Assembly (NCBI GenBank): GCA_963693365.1 | Contig: CAVNZM010000009.1 | Location: forward strand, 9,924,243-9,988,242 | Source of the DNA: Amoebidium appalachense | Taxonomy: Eukaryota; Protista; Ichthyosporea | DNA: 64,000 nucleotides | Direction: 5' to 3' | In this document: positions 44,110 to 64,000 of the stretch, in pieces | Layout: each line of letters begins with the position of its first letter | Numbering within the stretch: position 1 is the stretch's first letter | The notes under the pieces: generated by a model | Database searches by the model: none | What the model saw: the letters and a program-made list of their open reading frames with translations, nothing else | What the model was told of the DNA's origin: nothing | Translations under genes and position numbers: made by a program

Positions 44110-46068
44110 AATACAACACAATTGCAAACCTACCCCTTTAAGTTACCCCCCAAAAACACATCCAGTCTCTTCAACTCTCCCACCAGCTCCTTCAAATGTG
44201 CACCCACATGTGCCAACGTCTTCTACAATTCGGCCACTGTCCGGCTACCCTCACCACCACACCCCACACTAGCACTAGCACTGGAATCAGATACAGTTGG
44301 AAACTTATTATTTTCGCATATGCAGTCTCTTTTAACCTCTGAGGAACCGTTTTCAATTCGGAATTTGGAACGTGGATCTATGTTGGTCGTTGACATGGTT
44401 GTGGTATCTAAATTTGTGGGCTGCATTTCGATTCCTGGGGTAGAAATGGTGGATATTGTGGTGGAGGAGTGTTCTTGCATGGGCGGCCTTTCTTTTTGGG
44501 CGCATTTTCTACAACCACCAGCTCTATTTTTTTCACAGGTGCTATTGTGGGTGGACTAATAAGTTTACAGCCATATCTTGTTGGGCATAAGTTTGTTGGG
44601 GGCAGAGGGCCCCGTGGTTCGTCCAGCTGTGCCCATTGGTTCAGCACAAACCGGTCATATGCTTCTACTGCCTCAAGTTTGGTCGCATAGTTCCCCAGAT
44701 GTGTAGGAATAACAAAACCATTCTTTTGAGCAGGGGCATTGGCTGTTTTGGCAATTGATGATATTCTGGCCTTCTGGACGGACCATGGCCTTGAAACTCC
44801 CTCCCAAAGTCTGTACACCCCTATGCACCCACCTCTGCGTGCCTGGCTTTCCGTGAGATAATCACTTTCTTTGTAGAAATTAATCCTTCTAATCTTGTCC
44901 ACCTTTGGCAATTTGGAGGCTCTCACAGCCACATCCACAGCACATGCCGCTTCAACGTCAGTCGGAAAACAACCAACGTAGCTTTGTGTGCCGGATTCAT
45001 CCGTAAATCGTGCTATGCCATTTTCTTCCGGATCCAATGGCTCTGCCACACGTGGTAACGCCCCGAAACAAGGAGGCATATTCTCTCTCGACCTTTTCCC
45101 TCCACCGTCTTGCCACCCTCTCCGTCTCCTCGGCCGTGGGCACAAATTGCTCCAACAAGCCCCGGCCGACATTGGTCCTTGCCAGGTATTTCTCATCCAG
45201 CACTTTGCATTGCACGAGGTAGCGGATGGCTGTGTCGGTGTGCCGCGCAGCAGAAACCTCACAGTCGAATAAGCCGACGTGGAACTGGATAGAAGTAACG
45301 GTCGACATCCAAATCGAATCTCGTTTAAACCAATAAACACCCCTAAATCTGGACCTCTTGTCTGTGCTCTGAGGGTGTGTGGCCACTGACCTGGTGGGCT
45401 GCAGCTGCCGTGTGGGCAGTGGACTCACGGCAGCCACAGGGTTGGCCTGCAGCCACACCGTCAAGGGTGTGTTTTTTTTTTTTTTTTTTTTTTTTTTGTT
45501 TGTGTGTGTGTGTGGGTGTGTAGGGTGTGCGCGCGCTAAGATTTGCGTAAGCACTTTTGTATACGTGTGTGTCCTCGCGTGTGCCGGTGCTTGAGTTCGC
45601 GAGTGTCTGCGTGTGTGTCTGTTTCTCTCTCTCTCTCTCCCCCTCCCTCCCTCTCCCCCTCCCCCCCTCCCCCCCTCCCCCCCCCCCCCCCCCCCTCCCC
45701 CCTCCCCCCCTCCCCCCTCTCTCTCTCTCTTATATGTGTGTGTGTGTGAAGGTGCGTGTGTGCGCGCGCGTGTGTGCGTGCATGCGTGCGTGTGTGCGTG
45801 CGTTCACGTGCGTGTGTGTGTCCATGTTTGTGTTTGTGTGTGAGGGCGCATGTGTGCATGGGTGTAAATGTGTGTGTGTACCTTTGCGCATCTATTAAGT
45901 GTTCTGTCTGTGTACGCATGGCCTTTTTTTTACAATTCTTTGCGGGTGGTACATGTGTTTTTGTGTCAGTGCACGTAATTGTCTAAGTGTGTGTAAACTG
46001 TGTATTTGCGTGTGTGGTGGTGAGTGTGTGCATGGGTTTGATGGAAGCCGGGGGGCCGGGGAGGCGCC

Positions 46069-46111
<43 letters not shown>

Positions 46112-46742
46112 TGGGCAGGCATACCCTGATGGAGGTTCGGTGGACACAAGCGGAGGAGGAGAGATTGAAGATTAACCAAATGCTGGCAGACGTTTAAATA
46201 GGCAATCTGGTAGAAAAAGTGTAAAAAAAATCAGAACAAGCACGTGTGGGTTTAAAGCATTTTTAATGCTCCGTGCTTGTAGAGGTGCAGGTGAGTATTG
46301 CTTGTGATGCACGGTGCACCTGTGTGCTATGTATGTTTTGACACACTACCTTGTGTAGCTTTTAGATGTCTTCATTTCTTGTTGTTGGAGACGTGTCCCA
46401 ACAACCGTTCGTATCATTTTTTAACAATATAAGTGTGTGCAAGCCCAGTTCGCAAGTGTGCGTACATGCACACAATAGCGAATTTGTGTGCAGGGAGTAC
46501 CCAGATTAAGATGATGTTCTGTATCTGTGCGCAAGCGAACACGTGATGGGAGTCACCGTGTGGCCTGAGTGTGCAAGCATGAGGATTGTAACATGAGCAA
46601 GCACACCTGTTAGTGTGTTCCAGGAGTGCATGTGGCGCTGTGTGGTTGTGGCCACGGCAGTACGGTCCACTGGGCGCCTAAAAATAGCTCCGGCAGCCAC
46701 ACGGGTGTGTGCATGGGTGAAGGACCTACCGAAGAAACAGGC
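44110..46742 (-). pseudogene. AP2-family copy E (exons 2, 3 and main exon; disabled)
   Basis: Exon 2 at 46607-46742; exon 3 at 46125-46206 (82 nt, in-frame TAA); main exon from 45446 with frameshifts near 45015 and 44480. Closely similar to copy B, including the upstream intron. Confidence 0.8.
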
Positions 46743-46816
46743 CTGCAGAAGAGGAATGTGAGGCAGTTACACTTCCGAGTCGTAATCTGATGGATGTGTG
46801 TCAGTAGGTTTTTTTT

Positions 46817-46955
46817 TCACACCCCCCTAAATCTCGACGTATGCTTTGAGCTCTGAGGGTGTGTGGCCACTGACCTGGTGGGCTGCAGCAGCCGTGCGGG
46901 CAGTGAACTCACGGCAGCCACAGGGTTGGCCTGCAGCCACACCGTCAGCACAACA

Positions 46956-47022
<67 letters not shown>

Positions 47023-47336
47023 CGCGCGCGCGCGCGTGCGTGTGTGCGTGCGTGTGTATGTCTGCTGCGTACAAAAGGGTAGGTGCCCAAGCGTGTGCTT
47101 GTATGTGTGTGAGCGTGAGCCTGCACATGCGCACGTGTACACCCCTGTGTATATACATGCCAACTACAGCATCTGTGTGGGAAATGTGCGCGCGCATGCA
47201 CGTATCTGTGTGTGGGTGCGTGCGCGGCGCACACGCGCACGTAGGTGTGTGTGTGTGTATGTGAGTGTGTGTTCATGCGCGGGTATCTCTGTTGTGCGTG
47301 CTCGTGGAGAACAAGTGCTTGTGAATGTTTTGGCGC

Positions 47337-47418
<82 letters not shown>

Positions 47419-49265
47419 ATGTGTGTATGCGTGTACGTGCAAGCATGCTTGTTTTTTGTGCGTGGCCGTGGAGAACAAGTGCTTGTGCATGTTTCTTGTG
47501 TCTGTGTGTGTGTGTGGTGTGTGTGTGTGTGGGCTAGTGCGTGCTTTCCCTGTGTGCGTGTGTGTATGCATATGCGTGTGCACGCTTGTGTGTGTGGGGG
47601 GGTTCGGTCGGGCTGGGAGAAGGGCAGTGGGGAGAGAGGGGGGGGGGGGGGGGGGGGGGGGGGATCCCCATAATAGAATGCGCATGTGTGCTGGTATGTC
47701 TGGTGCATGCATGGTGGCACTATCAGATGGACATTCCACAAGTCTGTAAGCATGATGCATGACACCTTCGACACTAAAAGAGTAGCTTAAGGTGCGCCCA
47801 AGGTGGTGGAAACATGCCAACTGTGCAACAGAAGTCAACCATGTGTAAAATCTCGGTTTCATCCGTACAGAGAAATTCTAATTGCAGGAGGTGCGAGTAG
47901 GTGTTAGAAAATCTATAGCCAACACAAATCTGTTGTCCGTAGCCTAGAAAAGAAATAGGGGTGTCAGTGAGTTGGGGCCGGGTGGGGCTAGTGTGTGTTT
48001 GGGTGTTTTTCAGTGAGCTGGGGCCGGGTGGGACCGGGTGTGTTTGTCAATGAGTTGGGGCCGGGTGGGACTGGGTGAGTGTGTGAGTGTGTCTGTATGT
48101 GTGTGTGGGAGGGGGGGGGGGGGGGGGGGGGGGCACTCTGCAGGCATACCCTGATGACAGCCGTGGAGATTTGGTGGGCAACAGCAAAGAAGGATGCTGA
48201 TTGGATGATGGAGAAAGACGCTCGCAAACAACTGGCCAGGCAATCTGGAAGAAAGGGGGTAAGGCCAAGTCATAACCAATATCTGTGTGTTTAAAACATT
48301 TCATATTTCGGGGGTCTCTGGCAATCTTCCGCTCCATAACAGACTCTGCCTGTGGAGGTGACGTGCCCTTCCATGTGATATGCACGCTTTGTATCCTGCA
48401 TCCATATCGTAGGTGCCTGTTTGATTCCTTGTTTCCTTGCACGGCCACACAAATGGCCGTGCACTTTGGTGTGTGTAAACCTTTGTGCAAAAAAACCGCA
48501 TGTGGGTTGGTAGGCATCGGCATGCCTATCAACCTGTGCTTCTGTTTGTTTTCTGTTTGCGCGTGTGCATTATCAACGGAGCGTGAGGAGCAAGTGTCTG
48601 CATGTGTGTGTGCACATGTGTGCGCATGAACATAGAGCACACCTGTGTGTATGTTCAAGGAGTGCATGTGGCGCTGTGTGGTTGTGGCCACGGCAGTACG
48701 GTCCTCTGGGCGCCTAAAAATAGCTCCGGCAGCCACACGGGTGTGTGCATGGGTGAAGGACCCACCGAAGAAGCATGCCTGCAGACAGAGAAAGGTTAGA
48801 ATTAGGGAGTAGCTTTCCCCTAATTGTGACCTGTTGTGTGTGTGGGCCCGGTGTGTATGTGTGTGTGTGTGTGTGTGTTTGGGGGGGAGGGGGGAGGGGG
48901 GGGAGAAGGGGGGGAGGTGAACAGAATCCCAGGGAGCCGGAAAAAATTGCAGATTCCGAACTTATGCACATAGCAGGGCCTTTGACGACAGAGTGAGTGC
49001 AGTAAGTGCATGTGTGATCATGTACGCAAATAAGTTTATAAATGCACGAGCACATTCTTACTTAATCTCCATCTTGCAGTTTCCTGTAAGTGTGCTAAGT
49101 GGTAAGGGGCTATGCACGGTGATTTTTATTATTACTAATTAGGGGGGGGGGGGGGGGGGGGGGGGGGGAGGGCTGCACCCTTGCTGCTGTGGGCAGTGTT
49201 GTGTTCAGACGGGAAGGCAGCCCCCGGCAGAGCCACCCACCAGCCTGTGCCCACCATCCAGCCAT
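46817..49265 (-). pseudogene. AP2-family copy F (intact exons 1-3, main exon truncated at the start of AP2 #1)
   Basis: Exons 49179-49265 ([20 protein letters not shown]...), 48643-48778, 48150-48244 and 46817-46930, ending SRFRGV-stop. Confidence 0.8.
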
Positions 49266-49269
49266 GGTG

Positions 49270-49379
<110 letters not shown>

Positions 49380-49799
49380 CATGTGTGTGCGTGTGTGTGT
49401 TGTGCGTGTGCGCGCACACGTGAGTGGGTGTTTGCATACATACGTGTGTGGGTTGTGTGTGTGCATGCGCCTGTGCATGCTTGTGTGCATTCGTGCATGT
49501 GTGTGGGCCCTGGTATGTGGGTGTGTGCGTGTGGGCAGGGGGAAGAAGGGGGGAGAGAGGGGGGTGACGTGGCTGTCTTTGCAAGCGTGCAGGGCCTTGA
49601 CATTGTGCATGACCGTGTGTGTGGTGGGCTTAGAATGGGCTAAATTCAGGAGAGGTGGTTGGGGAAAGGGGGGGGAGGGGGGAAGTTGTGTGAGCTTGTG
49701 CACATGCATCTGTGGTGGTGCACACCTGTGCTTTGACGTGTATGTATGCAAGACAGGGCACTTGCAAGAGAACACGTGTCCCTAACATGTCCGTAGCAA

Positions 49800-50066
49800 G
49801 TGTTTTGTGACTCTCATTATTAAGGGTAGCTGTCTCTGTGCCATTCCTGCCTTCGCCCTGAATAAGATCCCCCCTCCCTCCCCCCCCCCCCCCCCCCAAA
49901 CCCCCTCCCCCTTGTGTGCTTACCTTACAAGGCAGGTGCAGTAAGGTGAGTGCACAAAGAGGGGGGAGGTGGGGGGGCGGGAGAGGGGGGAGGGGGACAG
50001 TTATTCAGGGTGGAGGGTAGAAACGGCACAGAGGCAGCTAGTCTTAGAAAAAGAGAGTCATAACAC
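49800..50066. repeat. Diverged ~65-bp inverted repeat (foldback)
   Basis: 49800-49866 (tgactctc...tagctgtctctgtgcc...ccctgaataa) is approximately the reverse complement of 50000-50066. Confidence 0.65.
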
Positions 50067-51095
50067 ACATGTCGGCAGATTGCGTATTGTTACACGTCCA
50101 TATATTTGCACGGGAGGACTTTGCTTTTGGGCATTCAATCATGGTCTTCTGCCAAAGGGAAGAAGGGAGGGCAATGAGGAGATGTGAAGGGGGAAGGAGG
50201 AGAAGAGTCTGTGGGTTGGGGGGGAAGGGGGGGGTGGGGGGGGGGGAGGGGAGGGAAGGGGCGCGCGCACAGACATACTGTGACAGGTACATCGTTACCA
50301 CAACTTGGAACACCTGCCTGCTCTTGCAGGTACACAAACACACCAGACACGCAGAAGCAAGAAGTGCACAGACAGCGTACCCGCCAGACGCTCTTGCACA
50401 AACAACACACACATGCACGCACACACACGCACACACGCACACACGCGCGCACACACACCAACACACACAAACACAAACACAACCGCACAGAGGAACTCTC
50501 TTACAGAAAAACGTTGCACACGAGCACGCATGACCTTACGAGTTTACAATAAAACACGCACGCACGCATACCCCAACAAACATACCTGGTCACTCCAAGA
50601 GGCGGGCAGTTGCTGCACCCACAAAATCGGTGATGAGCCGAATTAAGGTTCGAGAGTTGGGTGTATAAAAAGGGCTTTAGGAAACGGCATAGAAAAACGT
50701 GCAACGTTGTGGTAAGGGGAGTGGGTAGGTAGGGTGATTCAGGGAGGGGGGGAAGGGGGATGAAAGGAGACTATACAAGACTGAGGAATGTGTGTGCAGG
50801 TGTGTGCGTGTCAAAAAGCGGACAGCCAGCCACTCAACGTGCACAAAAAAATCTTCCCTTCAGCAGGGTATAAAAAACATCTCTTTTTCATTTGTTTTTT
50901 TTTCCCCACGACCGCAAAAGCGTTTTGACATTGGGGGGGTTTATGCACTTTGTATTGCTGCGGACATCGTCATGGGGGGATTTACACTGTTGGTCGTCAC
51001 ATTGAGTATTTATATGATTTTCACACAGTGTTCAGGTATCTCAGTATGCACTTGTTACTGGATAACTCGTGAAGTTTTTATTGTCTTTCAGTATG

Positions 51096-51190
51096 CCGTG
51101 CATACTTGCATCTCTTTCCGTTGAATAAATCCAGTCAAAAGAAAAAGATTTACACACTTTTTATTGCGTGGACACTGCCGGGGGCCCACG
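51096..51190. mobile_element. MITE-like family R2 fragment (right end)
   Basis: Shares sequence with 26839-26890 and 13706-13745. Confidence 0.6.
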
Positions 51191-51629
51191 CAGTGTGCCA
51201 CACTCGGTCTTTGCTAGGGTGGTCGGTATTCTACGTCACATGGCTAACCAGCGAGAGAAGGAAAGTGTGCGTCCTCGCACTTGAGGCTAAGGCATGGCTG
51301 TATAGTGTGGGTGCGTGCAGCAAGTTGACGCAAGGGTGTGGAGAGCGGGCGTTAGGTGTATTTGCTAGGGGCTGGGTAAACCTCCAAACGATACCCCTGA
51401 CCGCACGTAGGTTTCTTTTTTTTGTGGGAGGGATGGTTGAGGAGGGGGGGGGGGGGGGGGGGGGGGGGCGGGTCCAAGAGAAGGAGTGTGGGGTGGATTA
51501 CCGCAAACAAGCAAACAACAACATGAAGAAATGGTTGCAGTTTGCTTTATTCACCGTGGCAAGATACATATGTTCTTGGAGTCTGGTGTCCCTGGAAAGA
51601 CCACAAACGTAACCCCGAACCCTCTGCAG

Positions 51630-53717
<2,088 letters not shown>

Positions 53718-53789
53718 GCTACCGTGTACTAGGACCCCCGTACAAAAAAATCAGGGGGGATAAAAATGGGGGGGGGAGGGGGGGGGGGG

Positions 53790-53831
<42 letters not shown>

Positions 53832-54909
53832 GACGGAGTGCCAATATGATTTCATTCAATTTGAAAAGAATATGGGGTGCGAAAAACGGAAAGAAAACGA
53901 AAGAGAAGACAAACATGCACTCAAATGAGAATAGTAGTCGAAATTAGCGAGTAAGCTGTAGTAGTCTGTATGGATGTTAGCCGTTTGCAAGTTGTAGTAC
54001 AAGTGGTGTATGGCTAAATCAACCGTAGCGAGTTGCGAATACCCGTATGTGGTTAAACAATAACGAATACTAAAGCCGAGCCCAACTGGATGCTTCCATT
54101 TAACAGTATGCCATTTGGATTTCAAAGTAGGGCCGGTTAGCTGTTCTCTGGATCCGCATCATTGATAACAACGCAAGGGGATTCAATAAATCGTACCGTG
54201 TTGTCTTGTGGGAGAATGAAACGAGTCAGACTGCATCAGGCTGGCTACAACTTTGAAATTTACCCCCCCCCCCCCCCCCCCCCTCCCTCTTTCCCCGGGG
54301 GTCATTCACTTTTAAGGCACAGTATCATGTTAAAACTTTATAGGCGTGCGCATCCGGCCCGGCCCACGCAACTCGTACAAACATGCCGCAAAACACTCAA
54401 ATTTGTATTTGAAGACGACAGGCAACTGGGCCGCTGACAATCAACAATTGGAGCAAATCACTGCTCCAACCCCCTCCCCCCTCCCCTTTACCCATTCTCC
54501 CCAATGCCAACCCTCTTCCCTACCCATCCTCCCCCCCACCCCACCCCGTATGTATCTCCCCCGATGATCCCCCTCCCCCCCTCCCCCCTCCCCCCTCTCC
54601 CCCACCCCCCGTTCACCCATTCTCCCCAATACCTATCCTTCCCCTTTCCCTACCCATCCTTCCTATCCTCCCCCCACTCTCCCGCCTTACCCCCCACCCA
54701 TTCTTCCCAATCCCCCCCCCCTCCCCCCCTCCCCCCCCCCTCCCCCCCCCCCCCCCCCCGCCCCTCCTACCCATCCCCCCCCCTCCCCACCCCCCAATCC
54801 CATCCACCCACCCACCCATTCTCCCCAAATCCCCCCCCCCCCCCACACACACACACAACCCATTTATTCTCTTAAATCCCCCCCCTCCCCCCCCCCCCAT
54901 TCTCCTAAA

Positions 54910-54940
<31 letters not shown>

Positions 54941-55091
54941 TTCCCCCCCCTTCCCCATCTCCCTGGCAGTATCTTCCCTTTCGTCCTCCCTCCCAGCCGA
55001 AGCTTCCACAACCTGAAAATATACTTTGCGCATATGTTTGTCACATCTCTTCCTTTCTACTTACCACCTCCCCACCTCCCTTCCTCCATAA

Positions 55092-55140
55092 CAAGGCCTC
55101 CTAAATAGCACTCCTAAAAAGCACTATTTAGGAGGCCTTG
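55092..55140. mobile_element. Minimal inverted-repeat element (family R3), 17-bp arms
   Basis: caaggcctcctaaatag-N15-ctatttaggaggccttg. Confidence 0.7.
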
Positions 55141-55579
55141 CTCTATACACACTAAAAGCTTTGCGGGCGGGCGGGTGGGCGGACGGGGGGAGGGGGGTGG
55201 GGGTGGGGGTGGGAGGGGAGGGGAAGGGAGAAGAGGGGACCGAAAGAGGGAGGTTGGAGAAAAGTCACCTCTAGAAGGTTTTCTATTTATTTATGCAAAA
55301 ACTTTATTATGCTTGCATTTCATGAACAAACTAGATATCACAGATATCTTGAAAATAATCTATACAGTAAACAACAAAAATTGCTGTTAGACACTGGGCA
55401 ATTGACGACAGAAAGTTACAGCCTGCAGATTGAATGGTGCAGTTTGTGTAAGTTGGCGAAGAGGCGGGTGTGGTGTATGCGTGAGTGTGCGTGTGTAAAA
55501 AGTTTTCACAAAATCAGAAAGCTTCTGTGTGTGTGTGTGCGCGCACGCACGCGCGCAGGCGCACATGTGTGTGTGTTGT

Positions 55580-55679
<100 letters not shown>

Positions 55680-55849
55680 CGAGAGAAACATTATATTTTA
55701 GACTTCTATCTTTTTTATTTAACTTGGGGGCAGGGAGGAGGGGGAGGAGGGGGTAGTTGACTTAGATAACACAGCATCCGTTGTATTTTTGCGAGTAAAC
55801 AAGCCTGTAGTTTCTAGGGTTTCCGGGGGGGGGGGGGGGGGGGGGGGGA

Positions 55850-55887
<38 letters not shown>

Positions 55888-56201
55888 GGGGGGGGAGGAG
55901 AAGGGCATTGAAGCAGGAGTGAAACTGGGAACGCAAAACCGGGGGGTGGGACGGGGGGAGAGGGGGCACAGGGGTGGATGGCACAATTAGCTAAAATAAG
56001 CGCCTCATCCGCCATATTTTCTAAGTATGCAGGCATGGGGTTTCTAGGGTCCGGGAGAGGGATGGGGTGGAGTGGTACATAACCAGGAGTCGGTGTGAAA
56101 CTGGCCACGCAAGCTGGCACAGAAAACCTATAAAAAAAATATGGAGAAACAACCGATGCTATGCAGCCCGTTCGAGCAGCTTCCCGGGGAGGGGGGGGGG
56201 G

Positions 56202-56244
<43 letters not shown>

Positions 56245-56505
56245 GGTCATGCCAGGCTGCATCGCCGACATGTTAATTGGGCTTCTGAAAATGGACGTTT
56301 TTAAAAAATACTTGCGGAAAATTAGTTCCCTGTTTCTCTTTTAGCATAGCATTATGTGGAAGTTCTCTAACATGTGGTTCTGGACAACCAAGCAACCAGG
56401 TCCAAAGAAGGATGTAGCACGGTTGGGAAAGAGTGATTGGGCTATCCGACGGTCCAACTGTTTCACTCCGCATTGAGACCCTACAAGTTGGCATCCCTTC
56501 CCTGG

Positions 56506-56582
56506 TAAACATCACCGTAACTGCCTTCGTAAACATCATCCGGAACATGAACCTCTTAAACATTATCCGGAACATGAACCCC
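56506..56582. repeat. Short tandem repeat (aaacat(c/t)atccggaacatgaacc), two near-identical 27-bp-spaced units plus one degenerate unit
   Basis: Read directly. Confidence 0.7.
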
Positions 56583-56958
56583 CCTATCTAATTACGATCT
56601 TTGTCCCTCTGTTCCCCTCCAGACCTGCAGTCTGCCCCTCTCTCTCCTTCTAGAGTGAGCTTTCGCCGGCCGATCCTACAGCATTTCAGATTTTGGAGCC
56701 AACCGCGTCTCAGCTTAACGCGCCAATCAAATGAGGGTATTAGTCTGGATCACATACCATATATGGCAGTAGCCGACCAAAAAGGTCACCGATGGATTTC
56801 AGTTTGCGAGTTTTTGGCCGAGACAACGAAAGGAAGGGAGGGAATTTTTCGAGTCTATGTTGTCAAAGGGATTATACATTTAGTATAGGGGAGAGGGAAG
56901 AGAGAGAGACGGCGTTTAGGTGTTGGGGTTAGTTGGTGACCGCCAGAATATATTGAAG

Positions 56959-63954
<6,996 letters not shown>

Positions 63955-64000
63955 GTGGGCACAAAGGCACATGTACACACACTGTGGTACACGGGCATGC

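Noticed and set aside
55388-55467. Possible orphan exon (DTGQLTTESYSLQIEWCSLCKLAKRR)
   Set aside because: It has AG/GT boundaries but no partner exons or recognisable homology.

Overview
Eukaryotic nuclear DNA. Short GT-AG exons sit in introns full of poly-C/poly-G tracts and (CA)/(GT)/(GA) microsatellites, so nearly all ORF-track entries are low-complexity artefacts and I rebuilt genes by hand from splice sites. In order: the 3' part of an M13 neprilysin/ECE-like metallopeptidase (+, to 8062); an intronless, disabled pectin-acetylesterase/Notum-family gene (-); an RS-domain protein gene (+); an intronless 383-aa ORF that looks like a tandem OB-fold ssDNA-binding protein with an acidic tail (+); a ~20 kb cluster of about six copies and fragments of a triple-AP2-domain gene whose 5' exons encode an organelle (mitochondrial-like) presequence; a TCAF/FAM115 (M60-like) relic missing its HEXXH core; and an ATP6AP2/(pro)renin-receptor homolog carrying an alkaline-phosphatase-superfamily segment that runs off the end. 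Several MITE-like inverted and dispersed repeats are present. The best candidate for a new system is the expanding, diversifying, apparently mitochondrion-targeted AP2 family. The organism cannot be identified from this window; a unicellular opisthokont or holozoan-type protist is a weak guess. Some frameshifts may be homopolymer assembly errors. All family calls are from motif recognition, not database searches.
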